64,000 nucleotides of DNA from Schmidtea polychroa (taxonomy: Eukaryota), in the NCBI GenBank assembly GCA_044892525.1, contig CM097886.1, positions 44,516,001 through 44,580,000 on the forward strand, written 5' to 3'. The notes below the pieces were generated by a model. It was not told where the DNA came from and ran no database searches. It saw only the letters and a list, made by a program, of their open reading frames with translations. Both the position numbers and the translations under genes were made by a program. Below are positions 1-10,600 of this stretch, in pieces (the first letter of the stretch is position 1; each line of letters begins with the position of its first letter).

Positions 1-497
1 TAATTGTCAGAATTATTTAACTAATGATAGCATAAATCCTAATGACACCATAATGATAAATGAAATGAATAGATTAATACTAGAAAACAGAAAACTATGC
101 ACTATATCTTGGCCAAAACAGGGGTAAAAGGGATCAAACGGATGTCAATAATAAGAAGGGGGAAAGCGACTTCCAAAATAGTAGAGCGTGTGACAGTAGA
201 GTCCCAAACCTAACAGACTCTGACAGGGTATATCTTCTTCCAAACCCATCCACACCCCCATTTGATGATCTCCCCTCACGTAATAATAGAGATATGTTGA
301 ACTATTGCCAAAATATTGATTGCCTGAATCAATATGATAAATATAATTTGCCTATAAAGTATGCCTGCAATAATTATAGAATATATGAAAATAATAATAC
401 AAACCAGACTGACTCCGATAGGGTTTACTCTCCTCCTAACTAATCTAGAATCCACCACGCTGATCCTCCATCCTATAGAGATAAATTAATAAATAAT

Positions 498-1127
498 ATG
501 AAGAAAACTAATGTCCCTGAAGACAAAATTAATGGAGACTATATTAAAAAATATAGTATGCAAAATAATAACTGGAGAAATAATAACAAATGTAGTAGCC
601 AAGTTGATAGCAACACAAAATGTTGTTATCCATTTGGCTACGATTCTGTAGGCGATGATCGCCATAAGAGTGCTCACTATAGTAATATGCCTATCTATGA
701 AATTAATAAAAATAGCTCATTATATAAACAAAATAAAAATGGTGGAAACTACTATAATTATAGTAATGAATTTAATTATAATAATACTCAAAATGAAACC
801 AATTTTAATCCTGAAAATTATAATAGTACAAACTATTTAAATAATAAAGTAAAAAACGACAATAACAAAAATTTTTATATTAAAGGATTTAATAGTAATT
901 ATAATTATAATAAAAATTACAATAATGCTGAATTTAATTATAATAATTCTAACAATAGTAATTATAATTATAATAAAAATTACAATAATGCTGAATTTAA
1001 CTATAATAATTCTAACAATAAAAAAAATACTAATCCTGAAAATTATAATGAAAAAGATAGAAACGAATTCGATATTGATCTTCTAAAAATAAGAAAAAAG
1101 AAATTAATGAAACTAACAATATATTAA
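498..1127 (+). CDS. Asn-rich low-complexity ORF (209 aa), unknown function; may belong to the 5' region of the adjacent retroelement
   Basis: ATG-initiated 209-aa ORF dominated by N/Y with an in-frame 21-aa duplication; no recognisable domain. Upstream 1-320 also reads as broken ORF segments. Confidence 0.3.
   Translation: MKKTNVPEDKINGDYIKKYSMQNNNWRNNNKCSSQVDSNTKCCYPFGYDSVGDDRHKSAHYSNMPIYEINKNSSLYKQNKNGGNYYNYSNEFNYNNTQNETNFNPENYNSTNYLNNKVKNDNNKNFYIKGFNSNYNYNKNYNNAEFNYNNSNNSNYNYNKNYNNAEFNYNNSNNKKNTNPENYNEKDRNEFDIDLLKIRKKKLMKLTIY
891..1016 (+). repeat. 63-bp tandem duplication (2 copies, 1 mismatch)
   Basis: aatagtaattataattataataaaaattacaataatgctgaatttaa(t/c)tataataattctaac at 891-953 and 954-1016; encodes NSNYNYNKNYNNAEFNYNNSN twice. 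Confidence 0.95.
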
Positions 1128-2619
1128 AAGAAAAAATTAATTGCTTGTTTAAAATTACTAAACAAATTCCTTTTTTAAAAATGTCGAAAAAAATTTTTCT
1201 TGCCCTTGGCGCAAGAAAAAAGAGCCCCTACGCAGCTCATCGGCCTGAGGCCGATTCGCCGGCCCCACCAAACAGATGATGACAGTGATACTACTCACAT
1301 TGACCTCACCAACGATATACTGACAACCACTGCCACTAAACAAAGTCAAACTCCCACCAACAATACTAATACAGTTCCACCCCACACTGCCAAAACAAAA
1401 ATATCCAATAATTCTTTTCGGAGAGAAGAGAACTATCTAAACACTTTTGGACCATGTTCCACAAAGACCCCTCCTACATAAATACTATAAAAGAATATAA
1501 TAGTAAGATATACAGCAACAACAGCAACCAACCACACCCAATTAATGCTACTGATTCCCACAACAATATAACCGACGCAAACCCACCTGCACCGTCCAAC
1601 AACAACCTTTCTACATCCACCACTAACATTACCACTAGCGTCCCACAACCTCATTTCATCCCCTCCCCTACCAAACCCACAGAAACTCAATCTTCCCCAA
1701 TCAAAGCTAGTCAATCAAACACAATACAATCAACAACTAAACCGCCCACTTACACTACTACATTAAATACATGCAATAATAATATCAAAACCCCAATACA
1801 CTCATCCCCAAATAAGGATGCAAATATCTCCTACAATAAAAGAGATAAGCATCTCATACAAGAAATCCACAGAATAATCAACTGTAACAATCAAGAAACC
1901 TCCAAAAAACATGAAACAACCACAAAAAACCTGCAACAAAGCATAATACAACAACAACATGAACAAGCTAATACACACAAAACATTAACGCTCCTAATCA
2001 CACAAATGACAAAATTGCAACAACAAATACTCACACACAATACAGTAGTATCCTCCCAGCTCCCTCACGACATTGATGATGTACACTTAACTCTCACACC
2101 CAGGGATGATGACTTAAGCATACCTCCACAATTCCATCAACCTGAACCCTCAGACAATGAATCAAATGAATCCCAATCGGACGATGACAATGACGGATAT
2201 ATCACAGAAATAGAACAACAAGTCCATGTGAATAACAAAGTCGACATCGATGAGACCTCAACTCAACAAACACCATCACAATATGAAAAAAATAACACAA
2301 CCCAACAAGAACCAACAATAAAAAGAACAACATCTTCCAGCGGTTCCCTTTTTCACCAATGGAAAACATAACTCCAGTTGACCTCAACGACCCCTTTAAC
2401 ATGTATCATGCACTAGATGTCCTCCACATAAAAGACTTTGCAATCATTAAAGACATAATGAAAACGCCACCAGCACCTGATACACAAACCTCTGAATCAT
2501 CCACCAATACACCCAATCCACTATATAACCTGCTCAACACCAACGAACAACCAGTGACACAAAACCTCACTACGATCGGCTCCCAATTCACTCTCAAAAA
2601 ACAGGCACTATTTAAACTA

Positions 2620-3125
2620 GGTAGTGAGGGCTACCTAAAATGTAGGATGAAAAACTGCAAACACGGCAAAATTGGCCCACTGATGGAAGACAAACTACAT
2701 GAACACATGAAAAGCATGCACGACCGAATTATCAAAGACACAGACACATTTGAATGCCTAATATGCCAAAGACAAAGGAAAAAAGGACAGAACCAAACCA
2801 AATTCCTTCTCACAAATATTGAAAAACACTGGCTTGATTATCATCCCGAAAAACAAATCCCTGGTACTAGAGAACAATATAACGACAAAAGGAGAATCCT
2901 CACACTAGAGCTCAACGAAGAGGGAACACTATTATGCACATACATATGCAAGAAAAACCCCTGTGATATACATCTGACTGTGAAGACACCGCCACGGACA
3001 TACTCAAACACATCTCTACAAAACACAAGAGTAAAGTATTTGACCAGACCACAAACATCAAATGCCACTGCGGTGAAACAATAAGCTTTGATAATATAAA
3101 ACAACACCACCAATCACACATGGGA
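2620..3125 (+). pseudogene. N-terminal C2H2 zinc-finger region of the NeSL-like element
   Basis: CRMKNC..HEHMKSMH and CLIC..KHWLDYH in ORF 2359-3084; after a frameshift, KCHCGETISFDNIKQHHQSH (about 3063-3122). Confidence 0.75.
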
Positions 3126-3230
3126 ATACTTGAACCCACTGAAATAAACAATGAGCCCCCCACAAACATTCCAGTAACCTCCAAAGACATAGACTCTGAC
3201 TGACTAAACCAGCACCAGATCTCCGCATAC

Positions 3231-3660
3231 ATGCTAACACATGCAACTACTGAAAACACTATATACATAGATAGCTTTATAGGTCTTGCATGCATTGAAA
3301 AACACTACCAAACCTTTTTTTCTGCCTTCCCATTTCATAAATATCCTGCATGGATAGACCTAATATGGCCCATGAACATTGAAAAGAACCTCTGGATACT
3401 CTTCTACATTAATAAAAAACGCAACCTTGCTACAATTATTGACCCCACTTGCCAAATTAGCACCATGAAACATTACAACACAGCAACAACAATACTCAAC
3501 ATACTGACCAACCTACAAAACATAATAACCACAAATGAATTCACCTTACAAGAACTAACATATCCCAGATGCAATGAAACAAAGCAATCAGGATACTATA
3601 TATGCCACTTTGCCAAATGCCTAGCCTCCAACAGATGCATCACACTCCCCAACATAAAAA
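3231..3660 (+). pseudogene. Ulp1/SENP (peptidase C48)-like domain with substituted catalytic residues
   Basis: IDLIWPMNIEKN-L-WILFYINKKRNLATIID-P puts Asp exactly 17 residues after the His position. YPR-C-NETKQ-S-GYYICHFAKCL keeps the Q-x5-C-G spacing with Q>C and C>S. Confidence 0.7.
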
Positions 3661-4089
3661 ACATACGCACAGACCTTAACAAAATAATAAACCTAATAAT
3701 ATGTAGAAGGAAAGCAACTGATGATGTGACCAGATATACCGCATTCATTGATGACATAATTACTCAGCTTGACACTAATACTATTGATGTTGATGAGAGC
3801 CTCCAAGAAATAGCCAAGATACATGAAGCTATATACCCTAACAAATACAAAAATAAAACAATGCCAACAAATATCCTCAACACAAAAGACAATAAGCGCT
3901 TAGTATTCGAACTACGACTAGACTTTGATAGAAGACCAAAAGCAACAATCGAAAAAATACTCAACAAAAATGAAAACACAACGACCACACCGACAGACGA
4001 TGACATCTACAAAAACTTCCAAACCACAACAAAACACATAACTAAATATAGTACACCAGATACACAACCCTCATACATTGACCTTATAT

Positions 4090-4727
4090 CAGATAAACCC
4101 ATAACAGACACAGAACTCAACGAATCCATACTCAAACTTGACAGCACATCAGCCCCTGGTAGTGACAAAATCACATACAAAGAATGGAAAAAGATAGACC
4201 CAAAAAACAAATTTAGACTTGCACTTTTTAACAACATACTACGCAATGGACATAGCCCCAAAACCTGGAAAACCTTTAGAACGAAACTCATCCTTAAACC
4301 AGGCAAAGAGCAATCACCGCACGAAGTATCATCCTGGAGACCACTTGCAATACTGGACTCAGCCTATCGCACCTTTGCCTCTATCATGAATGATAGACTT
4401 CTCTCATGGATTCAGATAGGACACCTGTTGAGCACTAACCAGAAAGCGGTGGGTACTCCGGATGGATGCGCTGAACATAACACAGTTATCAGTCTCGCCA
4501 AGGAATGTGCAGTGAGAAATGGGACGGATATTAATATCATCTGGCTGGACCTTGCAGATGCTTTTTGTAGCCTTCCGCATGACCTTATTTGGCATACCCT
4601 GTCGAGACTGAAACTGAAGGCAAAAACAATCAACCTTATTAAAGAAATGTATACTGACTGCTACTCAATATACGAATGCGAGGACCGACGATCAAGGGAG
4701 ATACGGATAAACAATGGAGTCAAATAG
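4090..4727 (+). pseudogene. Reverse transcriptase N-terminal half (truncated at GVK, before the YADD motif)
   Basis: SAPGSDKITY, TKLILKPGK, SSWRPLAI, LSTNQKA, DGCAEH, WLDLADAFCSLPH, NNGVK. Confidence 0.92.
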
Positions 4728-5410
4728 GCGCAAATAGACAATCAGCACACCTAATCAAATCACATACCCTGACAGATAAACAATACATTTTTCTCATAAA
4801 AGCAAGAAACAACATGATAAGTCTCAACTATAATGCATACAGAATGAAAGAAAATATGAATACAAAATGTAGGCTCTGTAATGCTGAACCAGAAACACAA
4901 GCGCCCTTCTTCAATCACTGCCTCAAAACAACAAATGCTAGGAGAAACAAACACAATAAGGTCATGGATAAAGTTAGCGGGTATATCATTTCAAAAGGTT
5001 TCCAAGTTGATATAGAACGCCCACCTCCTGGAATAGACACTAGGCTAAGACCTGACCTCATCATCAAAACAAAAAGAAATAACAAAATCCACATACTTGA
5101 CATTAAGGTACCCTATGACCGTGAGGAAAACTTCAAAATTGCCAGAGAAGACAACTACAAAAAATACAGAACATTAGCAATTGAAACTGGGAAAAAGAAC
5201 GACTGCAAAACTACACTGGATGCACTAGTTGTCGGCACTCTGGGCTCTTGGGACAAAAATAATGACACAGCACTTACCAAGATAGGACTAAACAACAGTG
5301 AAATCAAAGCAATAGCCAAGCTATGTATGAAAACAGCAGTGGCTGCCAGCTTTGCAATATACATGGATCACATAACAAATATAGGTAAACCAATATCAAA
5401 CACACAATAA
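4723..5410 (+). pseudogene. C-terminal Zn-knuckle plus restriction-like endonuclease (REL) domain
   Basis: FLIKARNN, CRLCNAEPETQAPFFNHC, RNKHNKV, LRPDLII, ILDIKVPYD, VVGTLGSW. Confidence 0.9.
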
Positions 5411-5466
5411 GATACATACCAACATAAACCCATTCTAACCACCATGATCTCAGTGGAGCAGAGTAT

Positions 5467-5805
5467 NNNNNNNNNNNNNNNNNNNNNNNNNNNNNNNNNN
5501 NNNNNNNNNNNNNNNNNNNNNNNNNNNNNNNNNNNNNNNNNNNNNNNNNNNNNNNNNNNNNNNNNNNNNNNNNNNNNNNNNNNNNNNNNNNNNNNNNNNN
5601 NNNNNNNNNNNNNNNNNNNNNNNNNNNNNNNNNNNNNNNNNNNNNNNNNNNNNNNNNNNNNNNNNNNNNNNNNNNNNNNNNNNNNNNNNNNNNNNNNNNN
5701 NNNNNNNNNNNNNNNNNNNNNNNNNNNNNNNNNNNNNNNNNNNNNNNNNNNNNNNNNNNNNNNNNNNNNNNNNNNNNNNNNNNNNNNNNNNNNNNNNNNN
5801 NNNNN
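5467..5805. other. Assembly gap (339 N)
   Basis: Run of N; the ORFs spanning it in the track are artefacts. Confidence 1.
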
Positions 5806-6540
5806 AACATACTATCTGCGACACAGGAGAATGGCTTAGGACCAGGGAACAAAAATATTAAACCTTATTGCATCTAGTGGCACAAAGTGCTTATTAGTGC
5901 AAGTACCCTAACGGACCCCGGATCAGAAATGGGTCTTTTAGGGTAGACTAAAAAATCAAGAATAAATGTAGTCAGAGGCATAAATAACCAACTGACACAT
6001 AACAAACATGTAAGTGATATGATAACTCGCCAATATCAAATCATTGAGCGGTTTTATCTCTGATATTTCCGTGAAGCACTGCATAATAGTGCTCAAATCC
6101 TCGGCCACCAGCGTAGTGATGACTGATGATCCCTCATGGGAACACAGAAGAAATTATTTCGTATAAAAACTAAACCAGTTATGCTATGACCGCTTTGAGG
6201 TTGAAGCTCATCCGCCAGGATCCAACCTTCTCTTTGGAGCGGTAGGTAAAACCAAGCTTTACATCGCAAGGCGATTGTCCATTGGGTTGTCTACCTCAGC
6301 GAGCGATATTTGATCAGAGAGAAATGTGCAAATCTAGTGACAAATTGTAATTTTGATTTAAGTCTAATAGCTATTCTGTGTTGGTTTTCGATTCATTTGT
6401 TTAAATAAGAACACGAGGAGTTAGAGAAAACCAACTTGAAAAATAATAACCCAAACGAATTTTAGAACAATACAACCTCGGAATACCGAGATTAGAATAA
6501 TAGAACAAGATCAGATCATTGTTAAATAGAAAACTAGTGA
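5806..6540 (+). mobile_element. LTR-like non-coding repeat remnant
   Basis: 6268-6437 is similar to the reverse complement of 24717-24868, which lies in a PPT-anchored LTR; contains several short hairpins. Confidence 0.45.
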
Positions 6541-6595
6541 ATAAATTTGGTAAAACAGTTATGCTAGATTTGTTAATTTATGTTTAGATGACAAC

Positions 6596-7394
6596 TAGGG
6601 TTGTTAATATCGGTTTTTCGAGCAATCCGATTATCGTTTGTATAAATCCGATTTTAAACCGATTATCGTTTGCACTTTGCATAACCAAAGCTACTTACAT
6701 TATTACTATTCACGCACGTGTATAGTATAATTAGTTTTATTCAAAGTTTATACCACACACAAGGAGAATATGAACTGACTGTTTATGTAAAAAGTTAAAG
6801 CATATAAGTAAATTTGTTTTCAATTTCTTCGGTAATTTTCCCTGTATATACTAAAGTATAAATCAAAATAAAACTTTCCGGTGCTGCGGCGGCCTTATTT
6901 TAAAATTAAACATAAACATATCGAAACCATAGATATCAAAAACAAAGATTCCAAGTGTAAACATTTAAAAGTAAGTACTAAATTCGATTTTATTTTTAAA
7001 TATCAGACAAGTCCTGGTTCATATTCAAAAAGACCAAAGATTCTGCATGATCTGGAAGGAGCCGGTTACGAAGCTTGGTTATCAGACGTCCAGTGGCCGA
7101 AAATAATCGTTCCGATTGCACTGAGGTTGCAGGAATGGAATAATTGAAAAGATTGACTCATGTACAAACACGTTGTAAGGAGTTTTGACGAGTTGAAAAA
7201 AACTGCCCCTTTCTGTCGGTAAAATTGAATGGATACAGTAGTAAACAATGAACAAAATTAAATTCCCGGCATTCAATTTATCTGTATAATATGTAAAAGA
7301 CAAACAAAACCGATTATCGTTTTGTGAAATAAAGAAACCGATAATCGTTTTCAAAATCGAAAATCGGATTTCCGATTTTCGTTTAACAACCCTA
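6596..7394. mobile_element. Non-autonomous hAT element (MITE), 799 bp
   Basis: 12-bp perfect TIR TAGGGTTGTTAA / TTAACAACCCTA; perfect 8-bp TSD ATGACAAC (6588-6595, 7395-7402); subterminal ccgattatcgttt repeats at both ends. Confidence 0.93.
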
Positions 7395-7601
7395 ATGACA
7401 ACCGGACAGAACGCTATCATATTTAAAAAATTTCTCTTATTTCAAAATTGATTATTGTGATTCTCAATTATTGACTGTTGCTAAATACACTAAAAGTAAA
7501 CAATTATACAACAATTTATACATCAATTATTAGACTTCAATTAAATCAATGTTAATTAAAAAATATATTTTTATGGCACTGCCATGAAATAAAGTGAAAA
7601 A

Positions 7602-7697
7602 TCAATCGTCATCAGGAATGCAACCAGTTTTACAAGTTGGATGGCATGGTTTCTCGTTCACGCCACATCGACAACCTCCGGAAATATCTCCTTTTCC
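7602..7697 (-). CDS. RBCK1: Paralogue 1 terminal exon 8 (HOIL-1 C-terminal Zn-binding tail)
   Basis: ttaag|GGA...; GKGDISGGCRCGVNEKPCHPTCKTGCIPDDD*; 96 nt, phase 0. Confidence 0.92.
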   Translation of the reverse strand, partial: GKGDISGGCRCGVNEKPCHPTCKTGCIPDDD

Positions 7698-10600
7698 CTT
7701 AACAGAAATATAATTAACATAATCACTAAAAAGTAATTCGAATCGTATAAGATTTTTGAACAAATTAAAAGTACAAATAAAATAGTTCAGAAATATAAAT
7801 AATATAAATAGAGTATTGTTAAGATATTAACAAATTGTCGATAGGAATTCTGTCTCGATCTGATTCCTCGCGTTCAGTTAAAGTCAACAATCTAATCCAA
7901 ACAAAATAACTTTTATTCCAGCAAAAATTGAATACATACTGAAAGATCATTAAAAATTGTTAAAAATAATTAATTTTGATTAGACCTACATAAAACTTAA
8001 AAATCTACTATAAAGCGACTATTCATAATTATAAATCATTTATTCAATATTCTAAATCATTTATTCAATATTCTAAATCATTTATTCAAAATTATAAATT
8101 AATTATTCTAAATTATAAATTAAACAAAATAAAATAAATTATTATTTATTCTAAAAATTAATTTTGTCCCAGAAGAAACATAAGAAAGCTACGACGACAG
8201 TGTATAACTTTTATGTATTAATAGCAAACAAATAACCACATAATCATAGTTATGTAAAGTTTTGTTTGAATAATATTCGTTTTAGTGTGTTTTTGAAAAA
8301 TATATTTTATTGAATTATTATTGATTTATTTTATGAATTTAGAAGTTGAGGACATCATAACTGGCGACCACGCCAAGGAAATCAATGCGATAGGAAAAAA
8401 GAAAGGAACTAAGAATATGTTAGATTCCTTGTCAAAACAAGCACGTGAGATGCTAAATTTTAATGTCAGAAAGTTTGACGGAAAAGTTGGATCTGAAGCC
8501 GAACTTTGGCTAAAGGATATTATGGAATGGCTGAGAATAGAAGATCAAAGTCTAGTAGACGCATTGGATCTTTTGTTGACAGATGCGGCATCGATGTTAT
8601 GGGAAGCGGCGAAAATAGCGAAGATGACCGATGAAATGGCAAAAGAGTGGTTTATGGAAACTTTTACAGTAAGGAAAACCATTACTAACAAGATTGTGGA
8701 ACTAGCTCAAATTCAGCAAGAGAGAGATGAAAGATTCCAAGTCTTCGAAATACGAGTAAGAAGTTTAGTTAAAAGTGTATTTAGCTCTGGAATGTCTGAT
8801 GAACAGATTGTTCGAGACATTATCTCAAACAGAGCGAAAGACGATAGAGTAAAAGAAATATTCTTATCAGGGAAAGTGACAAGTTTTGAAGATGCCAGGG
8901 ATATGGCAAAAATTCAGGAGAAGATCGAGATGACGAATGACAATAAATTCAATATTGATGCCATAAGAAGAGACTCCTACGCATCAGTGATGAAAAATGG
9001 TAAATTCGAGGGTAGACGAGACCAAAGAACAATTGTGAAGACAACTGCACATCAACGCGACGAACACCGAGAGATTAATCATGAGAGGAATAGACCTGGT
9101 AATGGTCGGTTTGTACCAATTGTAAATGAAGACAAGAATGAAAATGAGCGGTATAGAGGACGATATGAGACAGTAGAACCAGAGAGAAGAATACCTACAG
9201 TATCGCTTAAAGATATTGCAAGAAGGTTATTTAATGACAGCAAAGGAAGAGATTCGCCTCATCCAGTGAAACTGACACCAGGTCAGTGTTTTTGTTGTGG
9301 AGAAAAAGGGCACCGGCGTTTTGAATGTCCAATGAAAGACAAATGTCTAATCTGTGGAAAAGAAGGTCATGGATTCAGAGATTGTTTTTTGCTTAAAAAT
9401 AGAAATGGATATCAGAAGAGAGTGGCATGTATTTACGAAGAAGATCACGAAAGAAATAATGGTGATTTAACAGAAGATTTATACAGTAATTACGAAGAAA
9501 CGATAAAAAAATCAATGGATAAACCAAAAAACAAGGACGATCCCATTGCTTTCATTTCGTCAGTGGGGTCGACACAATAATCAGTAGAAAGAAGCGAAAT
9601 GAAGACATGATGCAGAAGATGTATGAGACGACAGACAGAAGAAAGTGGAGTAAGATTGTAATAAACATGACGGCGATTGACATGCTTTGGGACTCTGGAG
9701 CGTCAGTATCAGTTATGAGTGAAAAAAGTTGGACAAAGATCGGGAAACCGAGGTTGAAGCAGAGCACAATTTCTCTTTGTGGAGTATTTTCGACGGGAAT
9801 GGAAAGACCGTTAGGAGCAATGACGATAGAAGCTGATTGGAATGGGAAAAAAAGAATTATTAATGTTATAGTTGTCAAAGATATACGTCCAGATTTCATT
9901 GGGGGTGTAGATACAATGGAGAGATTTGGTATTCAACTGGTAGAGGTAGACAATATTGAAGCGTCACAAGTAGGGAGGACATATGTGGACTCACAACGAG
10001 AAGAGAAAGCATTATTAATGCTTGGAGACAGGAAGAATGAACAGTTAGACATATTGCTACGGAAGTTCAAAGGTATTTTTATGGCTTCAACTTTTGATCT
10101 CGGGTTTACGAAAGTTGTTCAGCATGAAATGAATATAGTAGGTGGGCCTGTAATGTTACAGCCAAGAAGACAACCAATGCATTTAGAACAAAAGCTTGAC
10201 GAACTTGTCACAAACTTATTAGAAGCGAGAGTTATTAGAAAATGTAAAAGTGCATGGAACGCGCCACTAGTGATTGTGGCTAAGAAAGATGGATCAATAA
10301 GGATGTGTGTCGACTATAGAGGGTTGAATGCGATCACTGAAAAGATATCTTTTCCAATGCCAGATACACGATTTCTACTGGATTGTCTGGCAGATTCAAA
10401 ATATTTCACATCCATCGATCTAGGTCAAGCATATTATCAAGTTGGAATGGCGAAGGAAATTCAAGAGGTCACGGCTTTCAGTACAAGGCAAGGACAGTTT
10501 TGTTTTAACCGACTTCCTTTTGGACTAGCAACAGCCCCTGCGACGTTTCAAAGAATGATGCACTCAATGTTGGATGGAATATTATTTAAGGGTGTTGTTG

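Larger units (their letters stand above)
1181..5466 (+). mobile_element. Non-LTR retrotransposon of the REL-endonuclease group (NeSL-like), frameshifted and internally deleted; boundaries approximate
   Basis: Consecutive + strand ORF pieces give a disordered N-terminus, C2H2 fingers, a Ulp1-like domain, the RT N-half, then a CCHC-like motif (CRLC..E.....NHC), a RNKHN (RHN-like) motif and PD..D-x-K restriction-like endonuclease. Uniform A/C-rich strand bias. Confidence 0.88.

Noticed and set aside
1158-5364. Many minus-strand ORFs antisense to the retrotransposon (and similar antisense ORFs over the Gypsy pol genes)
   Set aside because: Shadow ORFs caused by the strand compositional bias; no motifs
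5304-5852. ORFs spanning the N gap
   Set aside because: Artefacts of undetermined bases
6110-6160. CTGATGA-tccc-tcat-ggga-AC resembling a hammerhead ribozyme core
   Set aside because: The conserved GAAA is GAAC, and no stem I/III or NUH cleavage site can be formed by eye
6340-6362. AATTTTGA Sm-site-like motif after the NeSL-like element (possible SL RNA or snRNA target)
   Set aside because: It lies within the block homologous to an LTR remnant at 24717-24868; no SL exon or donor, or U2 sequence, is nearby
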